Made by a program: the position numbers and the translations under genes | The notes under the pieces: model-generated | Seen by the model: only the letters and a program-made list of their open reading frames with translations | Database searches by the model: none | Told to the model about the DNA's origin: nothing | NCBI GenBank assembly: GCA_965227295.1 | Contig: OZ245742.1 | Location: forward strand, 1,184,001 to 1,248,000 | Reading direction: 5' to 3' | Length of the DNA: 64,000 nt | Origin: Leptonemataceae bacterium | GTDB taxonomy: Bacteria > Spirochaetota > Leptospiria > Leptospirales > Leptonemataceae | Part shown: in pieces, positions 8,987 through 18,843 of the stretch | Layout: every line of letters starts with the position of its first letter | How positions within the stretch are numbered: position 1 is the first letter of the stretch

Positions 8987-9726
8987 GAGGAACCGTTCTT
9001 CACCTGCAGGCGCACGGCCAGGGGCAGATGATCAGACGCGAGTTTCGTCTTTTCGTTCAAAATAACACGATGGTCCACGAGATTCCAGTGATCGTTGTAG
9101 AAGACCTTGTCCAGGCGCAATAGCGGACGGATGGGACGCGGGGCGAAGGACGGAAAGGTGTGATTGCCCTTGCGTACATCGCCGGCGCTGTCGTGGAATC
9201 CGGCACCGGAGAGAACCGTCGTGAGACGGTGGTTGTGGTCGTTCGTGTCGCCCAGGATTACCAGGGGGAGATGCCCCAGGCTCTGGAGCGAGTTGGAGCG
9301 CAGGATGCGTTTCATCTGAAACATCCGCTCAAAGGATGCGAGTCCCAGGTGAATGTTGAATACCACCACCTCACGATCATCGGGCAGGCGGATCTGAGCC
9401 ACGAGGCAGCCCCGCCGTTTCTTGATGCCCCAGGTGATGTTCATGTTTCGCGTACCGACGATGGGATACTTCGATAGCGTGGCGTTGCCGTAGGCGCCCT
9501 GAGACAATTTTACGTTCAGCCCCAGGGCATGGTGGTAGCCCAGTTCCTCGGCGATGATTTTTGCCAGATCCTGGTTTCTGGACCGCGGCGCGTCGTAGTC
9601 CACTTCCTGAAGGGCGAAGACGTCCGCGTCGAGTTCGCGCAAAATCTCCACGATGCGCTCCGGCCGGTAGCGGCGGTCATTGCCGATGGCTTTGTGGATG
9701 TTGTATGTGACGAACTGTAGTTCCAC
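8983..9726 (-). CDS. Endonuclease/exonuclease/phosphatase (YbhP-like) family protein
   Basis: VTYNIHK, ALQEVD, GNA.LS, HLGL, LGDTN, LDKVF, ASDHLP. Start taken at GTG 9726. Confidence 0.92.
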   Translation of the reverse strand: MELQFVTYNIHKAIGNDRRYRPERIVEILRELDADVFALQEVDYDAPRSRNQDLAKIIAEELGYHHALGLNVKLSQGAYGNATLSKYPIVGTRNMNITWGIKKRRGCLVAQIRLPDDREVVVFNIHLGLASFERMFQMKRILRSNSLQSLGHLPLVILGDTNDHNHRLTTVLSGAGFHDSAGDVRKGNHTFPSFAPRPIRPLLRLDKVFYNDHWNLVDHRVILNEKTKLASDHLPLAVRLQVKNGSS

Positions 9727-9844
9727 GTAAAAACGATCACGGGCGGCTGGCGCGCAGGAGCTTCCACGGAAGACCGTTCGTTTCCCGAAGCGGGTCAAGG
9801 TTTTTTCGCTTGTCCTGCCCGAATCGGCGATTGATACGGAGGTT

Positions 9845-10909
9845 ATGTCCTCGCAAACGCAATTTCCCGTAAAAGCGTCGGCCATCCTGGCGGCGTTTCA
9901 ATCCCAGGGCCTGCTTTCCGAACTTCGCGGCGACGATCGTGAAGTTACCGGCGTCGCGCCGGCCGATCAGTGCGGCGGCGGCGATCTTACCTTCGCCGCG
10001 AACAAGGATTACCTGGCGGGCATCCGCAAGAACAAACCGGCCGTCGTCGTGACCAGCGCCGAGCTGGCGGATCAACTCAGCGGCGACGGCCTTACCGTGC
10101 TCGTCGCTCCGAACGTGGAGCTCGCCCATGCGAAGCTCAAGCAAGCCTACGGTGATCGGGATTACACAGCGTCCGGCTGGGGCCGCGTACATCCCTCTGC
10201 TGTGATTCACGAAAGCGTCAACGTACCGGAGACGGCGATTGTGGAACCGCTCGCGGTGATCGGGGCGAACGTGCAGCTCGGCGAGGGTTGCGTGATCATG
10301 GCGCGGGCCGTCGTCGAGCACGGTGCAAAGATCGGCGCCCGCACGGTCATTCATCCCGGAGTGTATATCGGCTATGACTGCGAGGTAGGGGACGACTGCA
10401 TCATCAAACCCAACGCCGTGATCGGCGGCGAGGGCTTCGGCTTCGCCCAGGACGAGAAGCGCCGCAATCATCGCATTCCGCAGACCGGCAAGGTGGTCAT
10501 CGGCGATCGGGTGGTCATCGGCGCGGTGAACACCATTGACCGCGCGGCCTACGGGCAGACGGTCATCGGTAACGGCTGCATCTTCGACACGCACAATCAC
10601 ATTGCGCACAACTGTGTGATGGGCGAGGACTGCATCGTTGTGGCCATGACCGGTGTCGCCGGTTCCACGACCATCGGCGATCGAGTCATCTTCAGCGGCC
10701 AAACCGGTGTGCTCGATCACATCAAAGTGCCGGGCGATTCGGTATTCCTGCACCGTGCGGGTATCACGCAAACCATCGACGAGCCGGGGGTCTACGCCTT
10801 TCACCCGATCATGCCGATAACGGACTATATGAAAATGGCGGTGTCGCTGCGTCAGCTCAACGACCTGCGCAAGCGATTGAAGCAGGTGGAGAAACAGCAG
10901 CAGGACTGA
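9845..10909 (+). CDS. lpxD: UDP-3-O-(3-hydroxyacyl)glucosamine N-acyltransferase
   Basis: Hexapeptide repeats, IGGEGFGFA, IPQTGKVVIGD, TIDRA, HIAHN; GGAGG RBS. Confidence 0.95.
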   Translation: MSSQTQFPVKASAILAAFQSQGLLSELRGDDREVTGVAPADQCGGGDLTFAANKDYLAGIRKNKPAVVVTSAELADQLSGDGLTVLVAPNVELAHAKLKQAYGDRDYTASGWGRVHPSAVIHESVNVPETAIVEPLAVIGANVQLGEGCVIMARAVVEHGAKIGARTVIHPGVYIGYDCEVGDDCIIKPNAVIGGEGFGFAQDEKRRNHRIPQTGKVVIGDRVVIGAVNTIDRAAYGQTVIGNGCIFDTHNHIAHNCVMGEDCIVVAMTGVAGSTTIGDRVIFSGQTGVLDHIKVPGDSVFLHRAGITQTIDEPGVYAFHPIMPITDYMKMAVSLRQLNDLRKRLKQVEKQQQD

Positions 10910-11030
10910 TCCTGCGAATCCGTCGCAACTCGTGAGCAAGCGCGAGGAGTCCGCCGTTATTTTGGTTGCCGCCTTTGCGCTTCGTAAGCAGATCTACCGT
11001 ACCTTAAAAAGGTAAACAGGAGTTCGAACT

Positions 11031-11321
11031 ATGCCTTATATCATTACCGAACCGTGCGTGGGTACCGCAGATACCGCCTGCGTGGAAGTCTGCCCGGTCG
11101 ATTGCATCCATCCCACGAAAGAAGAGTGGCCGGAGAAAGGCTACGAAGAAGGCAAGCTCGAGGGCAAAATGCTGTACATCGATCCTGAAGAGTGTATCGA
11201 CTGCGGCGCCTGTGAACCGGTTTGCCCCGTTCAAGCCATCTACGCCGAGGACGAAGTCCCGGAAGACCAGAAGAAGTACATCGCCATTAACTACGAGTAC
11301 TACGGGCACAGCGCCCCGTAA
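11031..11321 (+). CDS. 7Fe-type (3Fe-4S/4Fe-4S) ferredoxin
   Basis: C-x7-CVEVCPVDC...YIDPEECIDCGACEPVCP; AGGAG RBS. Confidence 0.93.
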   Translation: MPYIITEPCVGTADTACVEVCPVDCIHPTKEEWPEKGYEEGKLEGKMLYIDPEECIDCGACEPVCPVQAIYAEDEVPEDQKKYIAINYEYYGHSAP

Positions 11322-11426
11322 GTACGGCGACATAAGATCTGCCTGCCGAAGACCGCCGGAGGCCCCTCCGGCACGGTACATAAAACAATCCTTGACGGTG
11401 CCCTTACGTCGCGCCCTGTGGATCGT

Positions 11427-11511
11427 GGAGGGATGTCCGAGCGGTTTAAGGAGGCGGTCTTGAAAACCGTTGTGCAGCAATGTACCGTGGGTTCGAATCC
11501 CACTCCCTCCG
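11427..11511 (+). tRNA. tRNA-Ser(UGA)
   Basis: GGAGGGA...TCCCTCC acceptor stem, anticodon loop CT-TGA-AA, long variable arm, GGTTCGAATCC; CCA not encoded. Confidence 0.95.
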
Positions 11512-11536
11512 GATTGTAACATTGACGGAAACGTTT

Positions 11537-11623
11537 GGAGAAGTGCCCGAGAGGCTGAAGGGAGCAGTTTGCTAAACTGTCGTGCGCGTATGCGTACCGC
11601 GGGTTCGAATCCCGCCTTCTCCG
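11537..11623 (+). tRNA. tRNA-Ser(GCU)
   Basis: GGAGAAG...CTTCTCC acceptor stem, anticodon loop TT-GCT-AA, long variable arm, GGTTCGAATCC; CCA not encoded. Confidence 0.95.
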
Positions 11624-11670
11624 CATCCATGCCGGCGGCTCTGTGTCGGCACCCAAAACCCAGGTAGCCC

Positions 11671-12144
11671 ATGTCCGACCGCATTCGAGAGATTCAGAAC
11701 CGCCTGATGAACAATCTGGGCGACGGCGAGGGCGGCGAGGTAGCGGCGGCCATTGCCTATATTCCCCTGGTCGGCTGGATTTATCCGTACTTCTTCAAGA
11801 AGGACGACGACTTCTGTCGTTTCCACGCATCCCAGGCACTCAAGCTGAATTTGGCCATCGTTGCGCTCTATTTCGGCATCTGGATTCTTGAAAATTTTCC
11901 GCTCACGGGCTGGCTCTTCGGTCTGGATGCCGTCTTTCATCCGCTCACGCGTTCCATCTGGCTCATCGCCGCGGCGTTGTTCCTGGGTCTCTCCGGTGTG
12001 GGTGCCTTCAAGGCCATCTCGGACGAGCGTTGGGAAGTTCCGTACATCATGACCTACATCGACGATGCCCTCGATCTTCTCGGCCGGCAATTTCGTGACC
12101 TCGGTCGCGACTCCCGCAAGAACGACGGGGATCCGAAGCACTGA
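11671..12144 (+). CDS. DUF4870-like membrane protein
   Basis: AAIAYIPLVGW...KDDDFCRFHASQAL...W.VPYI pattern; three TMs. Confidence 0.75.
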   Translation: MSDRIREIQNRLMNNLGDGEGGEVAAAIAYIPLVGWIYPYFFKKDDDFCRFHASQALKLNLAIVALYFGIWILENFPLTGWLFGLDAVFHPLTRSIWLIAAALFLGLSGVGAFKAISDERWEVPYIMTYIDDALDLLGRQFRDLGRDSRKNDGDPKH

Positions 12145-12151
12145 TTCCTGA

Positions 12152-12529
12152 ATGTCGCGTTTACCTTTGAACGTTCGGGCGGCGCTCTACAGCCTGCCGC
12201 TGTTTCTGGCCTGGATCGTCCCGCTTACCTGGGAACATCAAAACGAAACCGCCCTTCGCGCGGGCCGACGTTCCCTCGGCCTCTTTCTATTGTATGCGGC
12301 GTGGATCGGTCTTTCGTATGGAATCGCCGTGATTCCGGAGTTTTTCGTGGCCGGCGGCGGCGGTTACTATTTCGAGTATGCGTTGTTTTTCTTGCGAGCG
12401 ATCGGTGGCGCGGCCTACGTCATTGTCTCATTGATCTTTGCGTTCTTCGAATATCGCGAGCAGGGCATCGGCACGCGGTTGTTTCCGGAACGCGTCGCCG
12501 ATAAATTCGAGTCGCTCGTAAGTCGCTGA
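12152..12529 (+). CDS. Small membrane protein (possible distant paralog of the upstream gene)
   Basis: AALYSLPLFLAWI start, three hydrophobic segments, co-oriented. Confidence 0.7.
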   Translation: MSRLPLNVRAALYSLPLFLAWIVPLTWEHQNETALRAGRRSLGLFLLYAAWIGLSYGIAVIPEFFVAGGGGYYFEYALFFLRAIGGAAYVIVSLIFAFFEYREQGIGTRLFPERVADKFESLVSR

Positions 12530-12548
12530 GCTCTTCGCGCGAGACTCG

Positions 12549-12601
12549 ATGCAACGGAATTATTCTCTCCCAACACCCTCGGTTTCTCGGTCCTCGGAGT
12601 T
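12549..12601 (+). repeat. Triple-CTCGG intergenic repeat, copy 1
   Basis: TGCAACGG...CTCCCAACAC-CCTCGG-TTT-CTCGG-TC-CTCGG-AGTT between convergent genes. Confidence 0.7.
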
Positions 12602-13746
12602 TATCTTCCCCCCGCACTCCGATACAGCTCGATCAACTCATTCACGTGTTTGCGCCAGTCGAAGTCCTTCGCGCGCTTGAGGCCGTCCTTGCGCATCGTT
12701 TCCCGCAACTCTTTATCGCCGAGACATTCGTCGAGGACGCGCAGGAAGTCGTCTTCGTTGCGCGGATCAAAGTAACGCGCGGCGTCGGCGCCGATTTCCG
12801 GCAGACACGACGTGCGCGAGGCGATGGCAGGCGTGCCGCAGGCCATTGCTTCGACGAGCGGAAAACCGAATCCTTCGTAGAGCGACGGCAGAATGAACAA
12901 CTCCGCGGCGGCATACAGCAAGGGCAGATCCGGGCCGTCCAGGTACGGCAGAACGATGAGGCGATCACTGACGCCTTCGCGTTCCAGTGTGGCCTGGATG
13001 TACTCCGGGACCTTGCCGCCGGTACCGGCCAGGGCCAGCGGGATTTTGAGTTTGCCGCTACGCCAGTGTTTTGCCAGGGCGCGGACGGCGAAGTCCACGT
13101 TCTTGTGGCGCTTGCCGATGCCGACGATCAGCAGAAATTTTTTCGGAAGATCGAAGTTCTTGCGAAAGCGATTCACGTCCTGCGCATCCGGGACGCGAAA
13201 GAGCGAGTGATCGATGCCGTTGTAGAGCAGCGAGGTTTTCGCCGCCGCGCGGGGGAATCGCTTCAGGAATTCCAGGCGAGTGGTGTCGGAGACCGTGGCG
13301 ATGCGCCGCGCAAACAGGGCCGCAAAAAATAGCAGCACGTAGCTGTAAATGCGGTAGTGCGGAGCGGAGAATTCCTTCGATTGGAGGTGAATGAGATCGT
13401 GCAGGACGACGACGGCCCGGCGCATGCGCAGAATTGGGACGTTGTAGTGTGGTAGATGCAGCACTTCCTTCGGTTCCGGTCCGGGAAAAAAGAGCTGTTC
13501 GCGAATGGAGTAGATGGAAGCCTTGAATTCCGTGATGCGGCCGTCGAAGCCGGGCAGGTGTCGGAAGATCATTTTCGGATCGCCCAATAGATGCAGCCGC
13601 ACGTCGTCTTTGCGTAACATGAGTTCGCGCAGCACGTTTTGGACCTGCGTGCCGATGCCGGAGTGACCGACCATGCGGGCGTCGAAACGAATTTCCAGCG
13701 GGCGATCCGCGGGCGTGGGTGAGTCGTTAGAGTCCGGTTCGTTCAT
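12601..13746 (-). CDS. Glycosyltransferase family 4 (GT-B, mannosyltransferase-like)
   Basis: FDARM..SGIG, VVLHDLI, HKN, PSLYEGFGFPLVEAMACGTP. Start taken at MNEPD. Confidence 0.93.
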   Translation of the reverse strand: MNEPDSNDSPTPADRPLEIRFDARMVGHSGIGTQVQNVLRELMLRKDDVRLHLLGDPKMIFRHLPGFDGRITEFKASIYSIREQLFFPGPEPKEVLHLPHYNVPILRMRRAVVVLHDLIHLQSKEFSAPHYRIYSYVLLFFAALFARRIATVSDTTRLEFLKRFPRAAAKTSLLYNGIDHSLFRVPDAQDVNRFRKNFDLPKKFLLIVGIGKRHKNVDFAVRALAKHWRSGKLKIPLALAGTGGKVPEYIQATLEREGVSDRLIVLPYLDGPDLPLLYAAAELFILPSLYEGFGFPLVEAMACGTPAIASRTSCLPEIGADAARYFDPRNEDDFLRVLDECLGDKELRETMRKDGLKRAKDFDWRKHVNELIELYRSAGGR

Positions 13747-13803
13747 GTTTGCAAAAGCGGCGCCCAGTTTCGCAGCAATGGTGCGATTGCTCAAGAAAAG
13801 AAA

Positions 13804-14133
13804 ATGAAGAACTTCCCGAAGATACTCTCGCAAAACACTCTGCTGCCCGCCGTGCTTTTATACGGACTGTTGCTGGCGCTGACCGTGCAGTGCACCACCG
13901 AGGAAACCGCCAGCGTGGATGCCGGCGAGGCGAACCTTCAGATCCTGACAGCCTACGCGGCGAAGGACATTCAATGCGGCCAGTTGCATGTATTAACTCT
14001 GCCGGTCCTCACCGACGCCGACCGCGGCGACGTGGAACTCTGCGTCTTCAATATTCTGGCAGTGGACTGCGAAGTCTGGGGCAGCGCCGAGAACCTGCCA
14101 CCGGCATGCCTGGCAATCGCGGTGGAGATCTGA
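13804..14133 (+). CDS. Small Cys-rich lipoprotein
   Basis: Spirochaete-type lipobox LLLALTVQC plus four further Cys residues. Confidence 0.75.
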   Translation: MKNFPKILSQNTLLPAVLLYGLLLALTVQCTTEETASVDAGEANLQILTAYAAKDIQCGQLHVLTLPVLTDADRGDVELCVFNILAVDCEVWGSAENLPPACLAIAVEI

Positions 14134-14153
14134 AGAAATAATACAAATGAATT

Positions 14154-14188
14154 CTCTTTCTCGGTGACCTCGGAGCCTCGGTGGTTCA
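14154..14188 (+). repeat. Triple-CTCGG intergenic repeat, copy 2
   Basis: CTCTTT-CTCGG-TGAC-CTCGG-AGC-CTCGG-TGGTTCA between convergent genes. Confidence 0.7.
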
Positions 14189-15289
14189 TCCGCTCTTCCG
14201 ACACGCCTCAATCAACTCCATCCCCGCTACCGCCGATTCTAATCGATCGTAGCTCGCCGGACCGCCGGCCCGGCACTCCTTCTCAATTTCGCGGTACAAT
14301 GCCAGCCAGGCGTTGTCCTCACGATTCGGGATGCGCGGTGAAAACGGCCGCAGGTCCCGGAAGTGCTTGTAGCGCTTCGACGCCGCCGATCGAAAAAAGA
14401 AGTGCCCCTCGTTCCCCGCTCGAATGCGGCCGCGCTCGAAATCCAGCTGCATGGTAAACTCGAAGTAATCCCGGCGCCCGCCGGATTCCAGGTGCGCAGA
14501 AAACTCCGGATACGCGAAGTCCACGAAGGCCGTGTCTTCGATTTGCGGTTTGCCCCTGGCCGCGTTGAACGGAGACGGAAACAAACGCGCCCGTGTGCGC
14601 TCCGGCTTGCCGGCGTACCACAGTAACAGATCGATCCAATGAATCGCATCGTGGAGGAGCGGGCCCACGGCCTCGCCGCGATTCTGAAAGGCCCGTTCCG
14701 GCACCGGCCATGTCAGCACCTGGCCGTGAATCGAGCGCAAGGGTCCCAGGGTCTCACTTTCGATGTAGCGTTTGACCAGGCGATAGGCCGGATGATAACG
14801 CCGCTCGAAGTTGATCCACACCCGGGCTTTGTGTTTCCTCGCGGCCGCTAATAGTTTGCGAGCGGATGTTAGATCGAGGGCGATCGGCTTCTCCAGCAGT
14901 ACGGCTTTTGCGCCGCCGCGGAGCGCCTCCAGGGCGATTTCGACATGGGAATCCGTTCTGGTGGCGATGATTACGAACTCCGGCCGGGCCTCTTTCAGTA
15001 CGGTCTTCGCATCGGTGCCGGCGATGTCTACGGACAACCGCGCCCCGGGAAACGGAAGCCGCGGCGGCCGGGCCTTACGTGGACGTTTCCACCAGCGCTG
15101 AAACTCAGCGATTCTGTTTTCATTGTGATCGCAAACGGCGGTGAGTTCGAAGGCCGGACCACCGCGGCGCCGGGCCGTGGATTCGATGAGTTCTCGCAGG
15201 CTGCCGGCATGAGTGCAGGGCTTGCGCCGATACGGATCTTCTTCGAGTTTCCAGGCAATGCGCCCGAGGCCGATCAACGCGGTTTTCAT
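14186..15289 (-). CDS. Gfo/Idh/MocA family oxidoreductase
   Basis: ALIGLGRIA, LLEKPIA, NFERRY.P, LLHDAIHWID. Confidence 0.9.
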   Translation of the reverse strand: MKTALIGLGRIAWKLEEDPYRRKPCTHAGSLRELIESTARRRGGPAFELTAVCDHNENRIAEFQRWWKRPRKARPPRLPFPGARLSVDIAGTDAKTVLKEARPEFVIIATRTDSHVEIALEALRGGAKAVLLEKPIALDLTSARKLLAAARKHKARVWINFERRYHPAYRLVKRYIESETLGPLRSIHGQVLTWPVPERAFQNRGEAVGPLLHDAIHWIDLLLWYAGKPERTRARLFPSPFNAARGKPQIEDTAFVDFAYPEFSAHLESGGRRDYFEFTMQLDFERGRIRAGNEGHFFFRSAASKRYKHFRDLRPFSPRIPNREDNAWLALYREIEKECRAGGPASYDRLESAVAGMELIEACRKSG

Positions 15290-15296
15290 GCGTGAA

Positions 15297-15638
15297 TTAT
15301 CGGCGTCGCCGTGAGGATGATGCGCGGGAATTGAAGATCGTACCGTAAAGGGCCTTCAGGATTTTGAGTGCCAGCCAGCCGTAGACGCCCCACAGAATCG
15401 TGCCCAGCAGAAACGACGCCACGATGATGCCGGAGTCGGACAGGAAGAAGTAGAACAGCGACACCGGGATGTCGAAGTAGAGGATGTCGCTGCAATCCGG
15501 ATCGCATTCCATGCGGAAGATGCGCGAGCGCGTAAACAGCATGATCAAATGCAGCAGCGCGGCGGGGAAGAAACCCCACGGTAAATCATCGTAAAACGAA
15601 GTGTAAGAGACGACGGAAGATCGGGAGCGGCGCGACAT
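15297..15638 (-). CDS. Small membrane protein
   Basis: Hydrophobic segments with a CDPDC motif and FDIPVS. Confidence 0.7.
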   Translation of the reverse strand: MSRRSRSSVVSYTSFYDDLPWGFFPAALLHLIMLFTRSRIFRMECDPDCSDILYFDIPVSLFYFFLSDSGIIVASFLLGTILWGVYGWLALKILKALYGTIFNSRASSSRRRR

Positions 15639-15685
15639 AATTCAGTTTACACGAGACGGTCGTTACCGCATGATTGCGCTCGATT

Positions 15686-17533
15686 ATGTCGGCAAGCACG
15701 AAAAACGCGCGCATCCGCCGTCTCCCGCCGGTGTTGATCGATAAGATCGCCGCGGGAGAGGTCATCGAGGGCCCGTTCTCGGTCATCAAGGAGTTGGTAG
15801 AGAACTCCCTGGACGCCGGCGCCACGAACGTTCGCATTGAAACGCGTTCCGGCGGCATGGACCTTATTCTCATTGAGGACGACGGCGCGGGCATTCACCC
15901 GGACGATCTCAAGTTTGCCGTGCAGCGGCATGCCACGTCCAAGATCTCGGAGCTGGAGGATCTGGACGCCATCCTGACCTTCGGCTTTCGCGGCGAGGCC
16001 CTGGCCTCCATTGCCTCGGTGGCGCACCTGGACATCAAGAGTCGGCCGGCGGAGGAACGGTTGGGTGGACGCATTGAATGTCGAGGCGGGGAACTGGTGC
16101 ACGTCGAACCGGCCGGCTGCAATCCGGGCACTCTCATTCAGGTCAGCGAATTGTTTTACGCGACGCCGGCCCGCCGCAAGTTCGTAAAGACCGAGCGAAC
16201 CGAAAACGCACGCAATCATAAGGCCGTCATTCAACTCGCTCTTGCGAATCCGAACGTTCACTTTACGTACGTGCGGGACGGCAAAGAACATCTGAACCTG
16301 CCCGCGCAGTCGCTTCAGGATCGCATCGCGCAGATCTATCGCTCGAAAATCGGCGAACACTTGCTCGAAGTAGAAGCGGAAACCGCCGGCATTCGCATGA
16401 CCGGTTTTGTTACGAACGAAAACTTCTTTCGCGCGAATCGCGAGGGGCAGTTTACGTTCATTAACGGTCGCGCGGTAGATATTAAGAATTTCTCGTACTT
16501 CGTGAAGAAGGCTTACGGCGAACTCATGCCGCCGGGCTCGCATCCGTACTTTTTTCTCTTTCTGGAAATCGATCCTGATCGTGTGGACGTGAACGTGCAT
16601 CCGGCAAAGCGGGAGGTCCGCCTGCTGGATGAGTCCTCGCTGCATTCCCTGGTCGTCAACAATCTGGGGCGTGTGCTGCGCCCCGACACTCCGCTCGCCT
16701 TCGCCCGCGGATTCATGGAACGGCAGATCCATTCTTACGATCGGCAGCACCGTCCCGCGCATCAGCCGTCGCGTGCGGAAGCGGACGATCCGGTGCTTCT
16801 GGAAGGACCGGAACCGAATCGTCCCTCCTTCGATATTCGGCCGCCCACGCGGACCGCACCGCCGCCGGCTTTCGTGGATCCGGAGACCGGCGAGATCCGG
16901 GAGGATGTAGATGTTCCGGTCCCGGGCGATCATCCGGAGAACCGCGAATCGCAGCAGTCGACGTTCTTGCCGACGCGGCACTTCGGGGTCTTTTACGGAA
17001 CCTACATCCTGGCCGAGGGTCAAGACGGACTCTATATCATCGATCAACACACGGCGCACGAACGCATTAACTACGAGAAGATGCGTCGGAAAATGGAAGG
17101 CATGCGCGGCCAGCGCCAGTCGTTGCTGCATCCGATTACCATTGACTGCCTGCCGGACGAACTCGCGAACGTACTCGCACGGCGGGACGAACTGCTCGAA
17201 AGTGGCTTTCTCATTGAGGAGTTCGGGCCGTCGACGTACATCGTGCGAGAGATTCCGCCGTATGTCGATGCCGGCACCGAAACCGAGCTCATCCTGCATC
17301 TCATCCATCGCGTGCTGGAAGGCGAAGAGGGCGTGCGTCTCTACGATGAGTACGCCGCAATGAAGGCCTGCAAGGCATCGATCAAACGCAACGACTACGT
17401 GAGCGGTGAGGTGCTGAGCGAAATCCTGCGCGAACTGGCCACGTGCGAGAATCCCTCCCGCTGTCCCCACGGCCGTCCCACCATGCTCCGCATCTCTCCG
17501 GACGAGCTGGATCGCATGTTCCATCGTTCCTGA
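15686..17533 (+). CDS. mutL: DNA mismatch repair protein MutL (endonuclease-type)
   Basis: IAAGEVIE, KELVENSLDAGA, HATSKI, GFRGEALASI, DVNVHPAKREV, DQHTAHER..YE, ACK, CPHGRP. Confidence 0.97.
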   Translation: MSASTKNARIRRLPPVLIDKIAAGEVIEGPFSVIKELVENSLDAGATNVRIETRSGGMDLILIEDDGAGIHPDDLKFAVQRHATSKISELEDLDAILTFGFRGEALASIASVAHLDIKSRPAEERLGGRIECRGGELVHVEPAGCNPGTLIQVSELFYATPARRKFVKTERTENARNHKAVIQLALANPNVHFTYVRDGKEHLNLPAQSLQDRIAQIYRSKIGEHLLEVEAETAGIRMTGFVTNENFFRANREGQFTFINGRAVDIKNFSYFVKKAYGELMPPGSHPYFFLFLEIDPDRVDVNVHPAKREVRLLDESSLHSLVVNNLGRVLRPDTPLAFARGFMERQIHSYDRQHRPAHQPSRAEADDPVLLEGPEPNRPSFDIRPPTRTAPPPAFVDPETGEIREDVDVPVPGDHPENRESQQSTFLPTRHFGVFYGTYILAEGQDGLYIIDQHTAHERINYEKMRRKMEGMRGQRQSLLHPITIDCLPDELANVLARRDELLESGFLIEEFGPSTYIVREIPPYVDAGTETELILHLIHRVLEGEEGVRLYDEYAAMKACKASIKRNDYVSGEVLSEILRELATCENPSRCPHGRPTMLRISPDELDRMFHRS

Positions 17534-17618
17534 ACGTTGTTTGCTCGAAACTAGCGACCGGTCCGGGCGTCAAAATCTTCATGACCGGACGCAGGGGCCG
17601 GTGTATCTGGACTGATTC

Positions 17619-18188
17619 ATGGGCGAACCGTCACCGGAAAAAAACATCCTCATTGCCGTAAGCGGCAGCATCGCCGCATACAAGATCTGCGATCTTGTGC
17701 GCAGTCTTGTGAAGCAGGGCTATCCCGTGCGTGTCGTTATGACGAAAAATGCGGAAAGATTCGTGGGCCGTGTAACATTTGAGGCGCTCACGGGACACAA
17801 GGTCTACAGCTCCGAATGGGAAGAGGGCATGGTCCATATCGATCTCAAAAACCTGGCGGCTATCTACGCGGTTATGCCGGCCACGGCGAACACCATCGGC
17901 AAGATGGCGAACGGCATCGCCGACGACATCGTTTCCAGCACGTACCTGGCGGCGACGTGCCCGGTGCTCGTCGCCCCGGCCATGAACCCGGGCATGTATA
18001 CGAACGCTGCGGTGCAACGAAACCTGAAACAGCTCGGGGAAGACGGCGTGCAAATCGTCGATCCCGGCTCCGGAGAGGTCATCTGCGGTGATACCGGCCA
18101 GGGAAAAATGGCGGACATTGCCGTGCTCGAAACGGTGCTGAAGGAGGCGTATCACCGGGCTGTCACCGGGACTCATGAAACCGTCTGA
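17619..18188 (+). CDS. coaC: Phosphopantothenoylcysteine decarboxylase (stand-alone)
   Basis: [38 protein letters not shown]. Confidence 0.92.
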   Translation: MGEPSPEKNILIAVSGSIAAYKICDLVRSLVKQGYPVRVVMTKNAERFVGRVTFEALTGHKVYSSEWEEGMVHIDLKNLAAIYAVMPATANTIGKMANGIADDIVSSTYLAATCPVLVAPAMNPGMYTNAAVQRNLKQLGEDGVQIVDPGSGEVICGDTGQGKMADIAVLETVLKEAYHRAVTGTHETV

Positions 18189-18843
18189 CTTTCGACTTGT
18201 CGTGGCCTCGGGTCCTACGCGGGAATGGATCGATCCCGTGCGTTTTCTATCCAACCCCTCCACCGGGCGGACGGGATGGTTTATCGCTCAGGCGGGACTG
18301 GATCTCGGCTTTCGGGAAGTGGTTCTGATTTCCGGTCCGGGCGTCGAAGAGTTTCGCACGCTGGACGGGGCGCGCACCGTTCGCGTGGATACCACCGCTG
18401 AAATGACCTCGGCCGTTCGGGATGAAATCTGCGACGGCAGCCTGCTCATTATGTCGGCGGCTCCGGCCGATTACACGCCCGTACAGTCCAGCAATCGAAA
18501 GCTCAAGAAGAACAGCGGCGTGCCCATGACCATCACGCTCGCTCCCACCACGGACATATTGAAGTCCATCATCTCTCTTGCGGACCAATGGCCGAACTTT
18601 TATCGCGTGGGTTTCGCCGCCGAGACACATGACCTGGCAGACTACGCGCTGAAAAAGCTCAAAGAAAAGAACCTCGACTTCATCTGCGGCAATGAGGTTT
18701 TTAAGGGCGAAGCCGGTTTTGGGGATAGGGAGAATACTCTACTGATTATTGACAAATCCGGCAAAACTGTAAAAATAGGTCCGTACGCCAAGCGCGAACT
18801 CGCCCGGAGGCTGCTGGACCATTTGATCACCGAAATTCAGTGA
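18175..18843 (+). CDS. coaB: Phosphopantothenate-cysteine ligase (stand-alone)
   Basis: [40 protein letters not shown]. Confidence 0.92.
   Translation: MKPSDFRLVVASGPTREWIDPVRFLSNPSTGRTGWFIAQAGLDLGFREVVLISGPGVEEFRTLDGARTVRVDTTAEMTSAVRDEICDGSLLIMSAAPADYTPVQSSNRKLKKNSGVPMTITLAPTTDILKSIISLADQWPNFYRVGFAAETHDLADYALKKLKEKNLDFICGNEVFKGEAGFGDRENTLLIIDKSGKTVKIGPYAKRELARRLLDHLITEIQ

Noticed and set aside
11355..11372. Hairpin GCCGGAG-gccc-CTCCGGC after the ferredoxin gene
   Set aside because: No U-tract follows, so it is not called as a terminator.
11004..11684. ORFs overlapping the ferredoxin and tRNA region
   Set aside because: They are antisense translations of two tRNA-Ser genes and the ferredoxin.
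11427..12600. Possible genomic island integrated at tRNA-Ser
   Set aside because: No integrase, no duplicated tRNA 3' end seen, and no compositional shift.
15647..17524. 625-aa antisense ORF opposite mutL (similar ones oppose lpxD, uvrB, the TPR gene and the cyclases)
   Set aside because: Codon-mirror shadows expected in high-GC genes; no motifs and no RBS.
17619..18843. Split coaC and coaB as a frameshifted coaBC pseudogene
   Set aside because: Both halves are complete with their own ATG and a short overlap; separate genes are a known arrangement.
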